From the IMG/VR virus record IMGVR_UViG_3300038365_000087, positions 1 to 33,154 of that record: DNA of 33,154 nt; one strand, written 5' to 3'. Each line of letters opens with the position of its first letter. Position 1 is the stretch's first letter. Below the pieces are notes generated by a model that ran no database searches, was not told the DNA's origin, and worked only from the letters and a program-made list of their open reading frames with translations. The translations under genes were made by a program, and so were the position numbers. This stretch comes from a virus. Taxonomy: Duplodnaviria > Caudoviricetes. Below, in pieces: positions 24,828 to 33,154 of the stretch.

Positions 24828-25181
24828 ATGGATACAAAAGATATTCAGTTCATGATAACCAAAGAATTAGCCAGCAAGGTTGTAAGTGCCTTACCCGATG
24901 AACAGAAGAATATGATTATAGCTGATGCTGTCCGGGATATTTTGGCACGGGAAACAATGAGCAGCGATTATAAAATATCGGTTATGTTACGGGATTACGC
25001 CCTAGACTATGCCCGTGAATACGCTCAAACACCGGAAATCCAAGAGGAATTGAGAAAACAGGCCCATAAAGCGGTAGACGATGTTTTGCAAGGGATACTA
25101 AAGAACATTGGGCGAGCCATTGAGAATGACATTAAGAACAATTACACCAGGATACTGTCCGAAAAACATTACGGGGAGTAG
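24828..25181 (+). CDS. Hypothetical protein
   Basis: ATG 24828 after SD GGGAGG. Confidence 0.7.
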   Translation: MDTKDIQFMITKELASKVVSALPDEQKNMIIADAVRDILARETMSSDYKISVMLRDYALDYAREYAQTPEIQEELRKQAHKAVDDVLQGILKNIGRAIENDIKNNYTRILSEKHYGE

Positions 25182-25217
25182 TGCGCAGTTTGATAAAGAT
25201 GCGAAGGGGGTCTACGA

Positions 25218-25583
25218 ATGTCTGAAAATATTATTACCGAAATGGAGTTACAGCAGCAGAATATTAAAGGATTGCTGGAACTAGTACAACAGAACCCAGC
25301 TTTAAGGATATTCCCTTTAGTGGATACCGAATGCGTCCCGAGCGACGATTATAATTCCTGGGTAGCCGGATGGGGAGAGGCAAGTATAGAGGAAATCTGT
25401 ACTTCCATCAAAGAAGAAATGGTTTACGTTAAATCTGATGCTTACGAATCCTTGGTGGATAAGGAGTATGATAAGTTTTTTGGCACAGACATAGACGATT
25501 TAACGGCCATGAAGCTGGCCCGTGAAAAAGTCGATGCCTACGATTGGAAAAAAGTTATAGTTGTTCAGATAACCGCGCTGTAG
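25218..25583 (+). CDS. Hypothetical phage protein
   Basis: SD AAGGGGG; operon context. Confidence 0.75.
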   Translation: MSENIITEMELQQQNIKGLLELVQQNPALRIFPLVDTECVPSDDYNSWVAGWGEASIEEICTSIKEEMVYVKSDAYESLVDKEYDKFFGTDIDDLTAMKLAREKVDAYDWKKVIVVQITAL

Positions 25584-25626
25584 TTGTTGCGCATTCCAAA
25601 GAAAATACGACATAAGGAGGGATACC

Positions 25627-27003
25627 ATGGACTTCACCGACTATGACGCCGAATGCCGGGTGCTATCAGCTATGATGCATTCGGAAATAGCCTGTATAGA
25701 AGCTGTAGACCTGCTGCATGAAGATGAGTTTTCAGACTATCTCAACCGGCAGGTCTTTTTATTGATGCAAAGCCTATATATACGGGGAATAAGGCCTACT
25801 TTAGTTGAGATTTTCAAGGAAGGCCATACCTTGGGATTCCTGACAAAAACCAAAGACATCGAAAGCATAAAGTACATCGCCGAGCACTACATCAGCGATG
25901 AAAACATCAAATACTGGATACAGAAGGTAAAGCAAGCCAACAAGGCCAGGGAGGCCCAGAACCTGCTGCGAAAATACAATGCCACCCTGAACGACGGCAA
26001 GATCAATATCCAGCAATTCATAACTGAGGCTTCCAGCGACTTCTTTGCCCTGGCCATGGATGCCGGCAGCGAGAAGATAGACACTCCCCAGGAGATAGCG
26101 GACCTGGGAATTAAGCTGGTGACAGAGCGAGTAGAGAGGTACCGGCAGATGGCCGAGGAGTGCAGAAGCCAGGGGCAGGTACCCATGGAGGGGGTGATTA
26201 CCGGGTTGCCTACCCTGGACCGGATGACCCTGGGGATGAAACCCGGGGATCTGGTTATCCTGGGAGCCCAAACCGGACACGGCAAAACGGCGTTCGCCAT
26301 GAACGTAGCCCGGGCCGCCTGTATTGATACTCCGAATAATATCCTGTATATCAACACTGAGATGTCAAAGGAGCAGATAGCAAGGCGCTGGGGGGCCATA
26401 CTTTCCGATGTAGCCCTCTACCAGATACAGTCCGGTTCACTCACTAATGAGCAGTGCGAAACCGTTGTACAGGCTTATAACCGCCTCAGGAAGTCCGGCT
26501 TTTATCCTTGCAGCATACCCAATCTAACGCCGCAGAAGCTTGATGTACTGGCGCGTAAAGCCAAAATACAGCGGGATATAAAGCTGGTCGTCCTGGATTA
26601 TGTCGGACGTATGGAGAAGATACTTCCCGACATGACCGAATGGCAGGTCCTTGAGCAGGTAATCAAGTCCATGAAGCTGCTGGCGCAGAACCTGCAGGTG
26701 GCCTGCCTGGTACTGGTGCAGCTGAATCCGGACGGTACCTTACAGGGTGCCAAGCGCATGGAAAACGAATGCGACCTGATGTTGAAGATGATACCAGTAG
26801 GCGAGAACGGTCAGAAGAAGATTGAGGAAAAGTTAAAAAAGCATTTTGAGGACTTCAACTACCGGATCTTCGTCCAAAAGGCCCGGGATGCGGAGAGTGG
26901 GGTATCAATCCCGCTGGTATTCGACAAACCCAAGCAGCAGATCAGGGAGGCTCAAGAAGAGGGAACCGGCTATGAAGATATCGGAACGGTAGTGGACATG
27001 TAA
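25627..27003 (+). CDS. dnaB: DnaB-like replicative helicase
   Basis: AECRVLSAMM N-terminal domain; Walker A GAQTGHGKT; NTEMS; VVLDY; LVQLN. Confidence 0.92.
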   Translation: MDFTDYDAECRVLSAMMHSEIACIEAVDLLHEDEFSDYLNRQVFLLMQSLYIRGIRPTLVEIFKEGHTLGFLTKTKDIESIKYIAEHYISDENIKYWIQKVKQANKAREAQNLLRKYNATLNDGKINIQQFITEASSDFFALAMDAGSEKIDTPQEIADLGIKLVTERVERYRQMAEECRSQGQVPMEGVITGLPTLDRMTLGMKPGDLVILGAQTGHGKTAFAMNVARAACIDTPNNILYINTEMSKEQIARRWGAILSDVALYQIQSGSLTNEQCETVVQAYNRLRKSGFYPCSIPNLTPQKLDVLARKAKIQRDIKLVVLDYVGRMEKILPDMTEWQVLEQVIKSMKLLAQNLQVACLVLVQLNPDGTLQGAKRMENECDLMLKMIPVGENGQKKIEEKLKKHFEDFNYRIFVQKARDAESGVSIPLVFDKPKQQIREAQEEGTGYEDIGTVVDM

Positions 27004-27023
27004 AAAAAAGGAGGATGAACACT

Positions 27024-27577
27024 ATGGCAGAGGGAGCTAGACATTTAGTAGTTGTTGAGGAATTTGGCGGTAAGTACTTGATTAACGAGGCCTATAGGCC
27101 AATAGCGGAGGGCCTGATTGATAAGTATAAGGAGTTAAGCCATTTGGCGGCAGGAAGTTTTTTATTTATTGATAATATTTCCGACACCGGTAAGAGCTGG
27201 AACAAGATGAGGTATGCCACTACCAATAAGATTCCGGCAAGTGGAGTGATGCGATATACCAGCTGACCAATACTCGCTTTGATTACTACATTGAGTTCTT
27301 TAAGACCAATATAGAGCAGATGGCTAAAGAGCAGATAGTTGCGCTGGTTTACCATGAGCTGCGTCACGTTGACCCAGACGGAAACATGAAGCATCACGAC
27401 GTGGAGGACTGGGTTGAGATGGTTGATAAACTAGGACCTAATTGGGCTGATACCAAGGCACGCATACCCAACCTTCTGGATATGGATATTAACTGGGATA
27501 ACATCAAGTCCCAGCCCAATCTGTTTGAAAGCTACACCAAGCTGCAGCTGGTAAAAGGAGAAGATGGCAACGAGTAA
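27024..27577 (+). pseudogene. Putative phage metallopeptidase (HExxH), split by a 1-nt frameshift near 27234-27240
   Basis: ORFs 27015..27266 and 27320..27577 join as ...NKIP(A/G)KWSDAIYQLTNTRFDYYIEFF...YHELRH...HDVEDW if one base is added. Confidence 0.75.
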
Positions 27578-27612
27578 TCCGATATGACCGTGCATGTAAG
27601 GGAGGGAGGCAT

Positions 27613-29841
27613 TTGGACTACCAAGAGTTTTTAGAATCCAAGAGAATAGTACACCAGAGTAAAGGGCTTAACATTCCGCGAGACGAGTTAAGCCCTTTAT
27701 TATTCCCTTGGCAAGGGGATGTTACGGAGTGGGGGCTAAGTAAAGGTAAAGCCGCCATATTCGCTGATTGCGGCCTGGGTAAAACTCCGATGCAGTTAGA
27801 ATGGGCCAAAGAAGTACACCAGCACACCCGGCAAGATGTGCTGGTGCTGGCCCCTCTGGCAGTAGCACAGCAAACCGCCAGGGAAGCTGAGAAGTTTGAT
27901 ATCCCGGTGAATCTTTGCAGGGACCATCAGGATGTCAAACATGGAATCAATATAACAAACTATGAGCGCCTGGACAAATTTAACCCCAGATATTTTGGCG
28001 GGGTGGTCCTGGATGAAAGCAGTATTTTAAAATCCTACATGGGCAAGGCCAAACGAGCCATACTCAATACCTTCAGGGGCATGCCCTACAAACTGGCTTG
28101 TACGGCCACACCTTCACCCAACGATAACACCGAGCTATTAAATCATGCTGAATTTTTGGACGTAATGACATCTGGAGAAGCTCTTACTCTCTGGTTTATA
28201 AACGATACCCAGAAGGCTCAGAACATGCGGCTCAAACACCATGCAGTAAACGACTTCTGGCAGTGGGTGTCCAGTTGGGCGATATCATTTTCAAAGCCGT
28301 CAGATCTGGGATATCCGGACGATGACTTTATTCTTCCACCATTAAACCTACACGAGGTAATTATCCCAGTTGACCAACGAGATCTGACCGGAGAAAAACT
28401 ATTTCGGGATATAGAAATGAATGCTACAGCATTCCACCATGAAAAGAGATTGACCACAAATGCCCGTGCACAGGCAACGGCAGAAATGGCCAGAGCTTAC
28501 AATGACCAGGTTCTGATATGGTGTGATACCAATTATGAGGCCGACGAGCTGCGTCGGCTGATTCCGGAAGCGGTGGAAGTGCGGGGCAGCGACTCCATAG
28601 ATCATAAAGAGCAGGCGGCCCTGGACTTTGTAGACGGCAAGTTCAGGGTACTGATATCAAAACCCTCTATATTTGGCTACGGCCTGAACTTCCAGCATTG
28701 CCACCGGTCCATATTCTGCGGGATGAACTATAGCTTTGAGATGTTCTACCAGGCAGTCAGGCGCTTATGGAGATTCGGCCAGGCCTATCCGGTGGATGTC
28801 CACCTGGTACTGGGCGAGACTGAAAAACATATCCTGGAGACTGTGAAAACGAAGCAGGCGCTCTATAAAGAAATGAAATTAAATATGGTTACGGCCATGA
28901 TAGCCAACCACCACAAAAGCAGGCAGGGGGTGAAGTACAGGATGGATTATACACGGAAAGAGGAAAAGGGTAAGAGCTGGACTGCGGTTTGCGGTGACTG
29001 TGTGGAAGAGATCAGAAAGGTACCCGACAACAGCGTCCACTTCCCGATATTCTCCCCGCCGTTCAGCAACCTGTATATCTACAGCGATTCATACCGGGAT
29101 ATGGGCAATGTAAAGAATCATAAAGAATTCTTCCGGAACTTTGAATACCTGGTACCGGAATTATATAGAATCACGGTTCCCGGGAGATTATGCGCCGTAC
29201 ACTGCAAGAATCTGCAGCGGTTCAAGAGCCGGGATGGTGCGGCCGGCATATACGACTTCCGGGGTGATGTGATTCGCTCCATGGAGAAATTTGGCTGGCA
29301 GTACCACAGTGAAGTGTGCATCTGGACTGACCCGGTCCGGGAAATGCAGAGAACCAAAACCCATGGCCTGCTGTATAAGCAGCTGCGCAAAGATGCCAGC
29401 TATAGCCGCCAGGGCATGGCTGAATACCTGGTGGTGTTCCGGAAGTGGCCGGACGATTACCAGGACCCGGAGCCGGTCACCCATACGAAAGATGACTTTC
29501 CCCTGGAACTGTGGCAGCGGTACGCGTCCCCGGTCTGGTTCGATATCCAGAGGACCGATGTACTCAACGCGGCCATTGCCCGGGAAGATGAAGATGAAAA
29601 GCACCTGGCGCCGCTGCAGCTGGGAGTAATCGAACGGGCCATAGAACTATGGACCAACCCCGGCGATATCGTATTCAGCCCATATATGGGAGTAGGCAGC
29701 GAAGTTTACCAGGCCGTGAAGATGGGGCGTCGGGGATATGGTATCGAACTGAAGGAACAGTATTGGAGCTGGACTGTCCGGTACCTGCAGCAACTGGATG
29801 CTGAGATGAACCAGATCAGCCTCTTTGATGAGGTCAGTTAG
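27613..29841 (+). CDS. SNF2-like helicase fused to a beta-class N4/N6 DNA methyltransferase
   Basis: DCGLGKT, LDESS, TATP and QAVRRLWRFGQ helicase motifs, then catalytic SPPF and SAM-binding SPYMGVGS. Confidence 0.9.
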   Translation: MDYQEFLESKRIVHQSKGLNIPRDELSPLLFPWQGDVTEWGLSKGKAAIFADCGLGKTPMQLEWAKEVHQHTRQDVLVLAPLAVAQQTAREAEKFDIPVNLCRDHQDVKHGINITNYERLDKFNPRYFGGVVLDESSILKSYMGKAKRAILNTFRGMPYKLACTATPSPNDNTELLNHAEFLDVMTSGEALTLWFINDTQKAQNMRLKHHAVNDFWQWVSSWAISFSKPSDLGYPDDDFILPPLNLHEVIIPVDQRDLTGEKLFRDIEMNATAFHHEKRLTTNARAQATAEMARAYNDQVLIWCDTNYEADELRRLIPEAVEVRGSDSIDHKEQAALDFVDGKFRVLISKPSIFGYGLNFQHCHRSIFCGMNYSFEMFYQAVRRLWRFGQAYPVDVHLVLGETEKHILETVKTKQALYKEMKLNMVTAMIANHHKSRQGVKYRMDYTRKEEKGKSWTAVCGDCVEEIRKVPDNSVHFPIFSPPFSNLYIYSDSYRDMGNVKNHKEFFRNFEYLVPELYRITVPGRLCAVHCKNLQRFKSRDGAAGIYDFRGDVIRSMEKFGWQYHSEVCIWTDPVREMQRTKTHGLLYKQLRKDASYSRQGMAEYLVVFRKWPDDYQDPEPVTHTKDDFPLELWQRYASPVWFDIQRTDVLNAAIAREDEDEKHLAPLQLGVIERAIELWTNPGDIVFSPYMGVGSEVYQAVKMGRRGYGIELKEQYWSWTVRYLQQLDAEMNQISLFDEVS

Positions 29842-29855
29842 GAGGGGAAAGCGTA

Positions 29856-30239
29856 ATGATTACCTATAGAAGCCAAGATCCTCCCACCTTAGGACAGATA
29901 CGGGATGACTTAGATATTTTGAAGCCTAACCCAATGACGATAGACCATGATATATGGCGGGAGTTGTGTACGGTTAAAAACCATGAACCTAATAAAACAC
30001 TGATTATTAATGTTATGGATACCCCGCCTAAAGGAAGGTACTGTATATCTTCAGACATCGTTCTTGATGTGACCAAACCAGGCGCTTTCCGGCAAACCAT
30101 AACTATATGCCGTAAATATCATAACTGTAATTGTAATGGTTTGGGGGGCGGCAGTTGCGGGAGTTATTTACACTGGATACTCAAAAATAAAGATAAGTGC
30201 GAGAAAAATGAGCATGCAAGGGAATTGGCTCTATTTTAG
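29856..30239 (+). CDS. Hypothetical protein
   Basis: SD GGAGG; Cys cluster CNCNG...C. Confidence 0.7.
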   Translation: MITYRSQDPPTLGQIRDDLDILKPNPMTIDHDIWRELCTVKNHEPNKTLIINVMDTPPKGRYCISSDIVLDVTKPGAFRQTITICRKYHNCNCNGLGGGSCGSYLHWILKNKDKCEKNEHARELALF

Positions 30240-30254
30240 GAGAGGAGGTGCGCC

Positions 30255-30704
30255 ATGGCAACCATAGCGGAGCTGTTGAGGGCACGGAACCATATAGCTG
30301 TCTGGGAGCAGGAGCATGGCCGGGAAGCTACCCCGGATGACCTTATGGTAATCCTGTACAACCAGAAGGTGGACGATACCCGGGAAAAACGGGAGTCCAA
30401 AAAGCGGATGAAACGGAAGCATCCCAAGCGCAAGGAGTACCTGACCAAACGAGATAAAGAGCTCATAATCGTAATGGCCGCCTGTGCCCAGGGGCTACAA
30501 AACATCATAGACGAATGGCAGGAACATGATCAGAACCCGTTCCTGCTTCGTTGTTTAAGGACCGCAAATACCTGGATATACAAGGCTATGGAGTGGATGA
30601 CCAAGGACCTGCCGGAGCGGGAAAAAATGAACCTGCTCCGGACGGCAGCTTATAACGAGGTCGGAATTATTGAGTACGGCGTAAGAAGAGCAAAGGAGGC
30701 ATAA
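30255..30704 (+). CDS. Hypothetical protein
   Basis: SD GAGGAGGTG; basic middle segment. Confidence 0.75.
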   Translation: MATIAELLRARNHIAVWEQEHGREATPDDLMVILYNQKVDDTREKRESKKRMKRKHPKRKEYLTKRDKELIIVMAACAQGLQNIIDEWQEHDQNPFLLRCLRTANTWIYKAMEWMTKDLPEREKMNLLRTAAYNEVGIIEYGVRRAKEA

Positions 30705-30707
30705 ATA

Positions 30708-31166
30708 ATGACTGACAAATTGCTGCCCTGCCCGTTTTGCGGAAGAATCCCACAAATAACGGCTAAAAAATGTTTATCGTCATTAAAATGGAATAAAAAT
30801 TATCCCAACAATGGTAGAAATTTATACATTGAAAAAGAATGGTATTCAGTGGAATGTATCTGTTGCGAACTCTTAAAATCTTTTACCACAGAAGAAGAAG
30901 CCATTGCCGCTTGGAACCGCCGCGCTGCTGGCTGGATACCAACCGTGGAGAGGTTACCGGAAGAAAACGTAGATTGCCTTGTTTACCCCGCATCAGAAGA
31001 AATTGTGATCGCTAGGCTGGTTAAGGGCAACTTTTACTATTGGTGGTTTGATGCTTTTGATAGCCCGGATTGGGTAAAGGTAGAAGGCGTTGTTACACAT
31101 TGGATGCCGCTGCCCAAGCCGCCAGAATTATGTGAAGGAGGCGGGATAGATGTCACAATACGATAA
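30708..31166 (+). CDS. Lar-family restriction alleviation domain fused to DUF551
   Basis: LLPCPFCG...VECICC...EEAIAAWNRR, then WIPTVERLPE...VTHWMPLPKPP. Confidence 0.85.
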   Translation: MTDKLLPCPFCGRIPQITAKKCLSSLKWNKNYPNNGRNLYIEKEWYSVECICCELLKSFTTEEEAIAAWNRRAAGWIPTVERLPEENVDCLVYPASEEIVIARLVKGNFYYWWFDAFDSPDWVKVEGVVTHWMPLPKPPELCEGGGIDVTIR

Positions 31167-31416
31167 ATGCAAGGCCTGCGGGGCCCCGATTATCTGGGTA
31201 AAGACCAAGGACGGCAAGCATATGCCATGTAACCCGGAGGAGATTGAAATAGACCCGGCCGGGGCCAAAACGATGTGTGTCGTTACCGATGATGGCGGCT
31301 TGGAGTGGGGCAGCCCGGTAAACCGCGATAGTTTGTTTTTGCCGGACAGAACTGTGACGGGGCGGGTAAGCCATTTTGCTACATGCCCGGCAGCCAACAA
31401 GTTTAGGAAGAGGTGA
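31150..31416 (+). CDS. Phage Zn-ribbon protein
   Basis: CKACGAPIIWVKTKDGKHMP...SHFATCP. Confidence 0.8.
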   Translation: MSQYDKCKACGAPIIWVKTKDGKHMPCNPEEIEIDPAGAKTMCVVTDDGGLEWGSPVNRDSLFLPDRTVTGRVSHFATCPAANKFRKR

Positions 31417-31420
31417 GGGC

Positions 31421-32308
31421 ATGGAATATTGGCGGCAGACAAAATATGGACTTATTGTGCCAGAGCATGCCACTGCAAAGAGAGAACGGCCGACTGCTTT
31501 CAGTTTCTTTGCAGGAGTCGGGGGCATGGATCTGGGATTCATTAAAGCGGGATTTGAGGTTGTGGGTGCTAATGAATTTGATCCGGCAGCGACGCTTACA
31601 TACATGGTTAATTTATGCAGCTATCCGGTACAAATACATTACATCGAAGGCATGAAGGATAAAGAACGGCTCAATGATGCATGCGAGAGATATATCTTCG
31701 GGAAGAAAAATAAAAAGCAGCCCATTCGGCAACCGCTCGACCGGTATCCGGAACACAATACCCCGTTTGGCCTCTACAACAACGCTACGGGCTCTGGCCT
31801 AGCCGGAAGCGGATATATAAAACATCATCCGGAACAGGCCCCAGTACGTAATTTCTGGTTCGGAGACATCCGAAAACTAAAAGGAAAAGACATACTGGAT
31901 GCTCTTGGAATAAAGAAAGGCGATCTTGACTGCGTGTTCGGTGGGCCCCCCTGCCAGGGCTTCAGCGCAGCCGGAAAGCAAAATATCGCCGATCCCAGGA
32001 ATAACCTTGTCTATGAATATGGCCGCATGATTGTTGAGTTACAGCCCAAAACATTTGTCATGGAAGAAGTACCTGCGATTGTTAATTTTTTCGACCCTGA
32101 CGGCGTCCTTGTCTTGGATAAATTCGCAATGATGGTTTCCGAGGGCGGATACGGTAAATGGGAGAACATCAAGAAAGGGATGCTTATGCAGGCTGGATGT
32201 GCTGCAGGCATAAAAAGCGATCGCGGGAACGCCAAACTTAAAAGGACATCGGCCAAAAAGGAGAAAAAGGGTACAAGCAAAGAGCAGACTCAAATGTCGT
32301 TATTTTAA
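31421..32308 (+). CDS. C5-cytosine DNA methyltransferase, N-terminal part only (motifs I to about VII)
   Basis: FAGVGG (I), GDI (III), GGPPCQGFS (IV), DPRN (V), MEEV (VI variant); no QxRxR, target recognition domain or motifs IX/X before the stop. Confidence 0.85.
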   Translation: MEYWRQTKYGLIVPEHATAKRERPTAFSFFAGVGGMDLGFIKAGFEVVGANEFDPAATLTYMVNLCSYPVQIHYIEGMKDKERLNDACERYIFGKKNKKQPIRQPLDRYPEHNTPFGLYNNATGSGLAGSGYIKHHPEQAPVRNFWFGDIRKLKGKDILDALGIKKGDLDCVFGGPPCQGFSAAGKQNIADPRNNLVYEYGRMIVELQPKTFVMEEVPAIVNFFDPDGVLVLDKFAMMVSEGGYGKWENIKKGMLMQAGCAAGIKSDRGNAKLKRTSAKKEKKGTSKEQTQMSLF

Positions 32309-32329
32309 CGAAGGAGGCAAAGGATTCAT

Positions 32330-32842
32330 ATGCAATTCAACGACTACCAACAGTTAGCCGAAAGAACAGCACATCAAGCCAATGATACCAGTGAAAAGAG
32401 ATTTATTAACTTCGCTTTTGGCCTGGCCGGGGAGACTGGGGAGGTTATAGACTGCCTCAAAAAGCATCTATTCCATGGCCATCCACTTGACCAGGATAAG
32501 CTCAAGATAGAGTTGGGTGACCTTCTCTGGTATGTGGCAACCACGGCCACCACAGCGGGGATAAGGCTAGAGGATATCGCGGTGGCTAACATTGAGAAGC
32601 TCAGGGCCCGGTACCCGGATGGGTTTTCAGAGGAGAGAAGCATTAACCGGGTTGAAGGTGAATTAATCCCGGTAATACGGGACATGGAGCCGCTGAAAGA
32701 CTATTTAATTGAGTTAATAACTCCGTATATTGAGCGCCTAACGCCAAATGAGGATATTCTTTCCGAGAAATATGCAGAGATATATCGGACGTACCGGAAG
32801 TTGTTTCCGGAGAAAGGAGAGCATGATGGACAGAGATTATAG
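32330..32842 (+). CDS. MazG-like nucleotide pyrophosphohydrolase
   Basis: GLAGETGEVID...ELGDLLWY...NIEKLRARYP. Confidence 0.9.
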   Translation: MQFNDYQQLAERTAHQANDTSEKRFINFAFGLAGETGEVIDCLKKHLFHGHPLDQDKLKIELGDLLWYVATTATTAGIRLEDIAVANIEKLRARYPDGFSEERSINRVEGELIPVIRDMEPLKDYLIELITPYIERLTPNEDILSEKYAEIYRTYRKLFPEKGEHDGQRL

Positions 32843-33154
32843 GTTCCGCGGTAAGCGGTCAGATACAGGTAAATGGGTGTATGGTGATTTAATTACATGG
32901 TGGCGCGGTGAAGGCAGTCGAGCTATTTGTGATGTTGGTGGTATCAGGCATGATGTTATTCCTGAAACCGTGGGCCAGTTTACCGGCCTCCGCGACAAGA
33001 ACGGGCAGGAACTCTATGAGGGGGATATTTTACAGGGTGGTCAGGACTACGAGAAAATTTACGGAAAGCCAATAGTAAAAATAGGTGAATATATAGACAA
33101 CGGTTTAAGGCATCTTGACTTATGCGAAGATGAAACCTTTCCACTTTACGGAGT
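32823..33154 (+). CDS. YopX-family protein (runs off right edge)
   Basis: YRFRGKR...WVYGDL...PETVGQFTGLRDKNGQELYEGDIL; not in the ORF track because it is truncated. Confidence 0.88.
   Translation, partial: MMDRDYRFRGKRSDTGKWVYGDLITWWRGEGSRAICDVGGIRHDVIPETVGQFTGLRDKNGQELYEGDILQGGQDYEKIYGKPIVKIGEYIDNGLRHLDLCEDETFPLYG

Noticed and set aside
19440-32685. Minus-strand and alternate-frame ORFs across the early operon
   Set aside because: They overlap recognisable plus-strand genes and show no motifs; none supplies the missing C5-MTase motifs IX/X.
1-33154. Diversity-generating retroelement, retron, intron or intein
   Set aside because: No reverse transcriptase motif, no long adenine-mismatched repeat pair seen, and terminase, capsid and DnaB are of normal length. 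Genes beyond the window edges cannot be assessed.

Overview
The whole window is a temperate siphophage of a Firmicute host (probably Clostridia; this is inferred from GGAGG ribosome-binding sites, SPP1-like head genes and a copper-amine-oxidase-type secreted protein). Bases 1-12.6 kb hold an SPP1-like packaging/head/tail operon on the minus strand. Bases 12.6-14.0 kb hold the late leader: a promoter with seven exactly 11-bp-phased repeats, several terminators and a small Rep-like HTH cassette. At 14.0-14.3 kb there is an apparently intact attP, with the 3' half of tRNA-Lys(UUU) as core and arm-type repeats on both sides, so this looks like the excised/virion form. Next come integrase, two lysogeny-region accessory genes and the cI/cro switch with five operator palindromes. 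A long plus-strand early operon follows (Xis, exonuclease, candidate annealase, O-like initiator with iterons, DnaB, SNF2-methyltransferase fusion, Lar, N-terminal-only C5 methyltransferase, MazG, YopX). Most notable: (i) early and late modules are divergent with int-attP between them; (ii) a second initiator-like wHTH gene has an SD-engaging RNA pseudoknot upstream and iteron-like repeats downstream; (iii) a boxA-like site is followed by a structured RNA upstream of xis; (iv) the DNA-modification genes are unusual. All product calls come from motif recognition and gene order; no database search was run.
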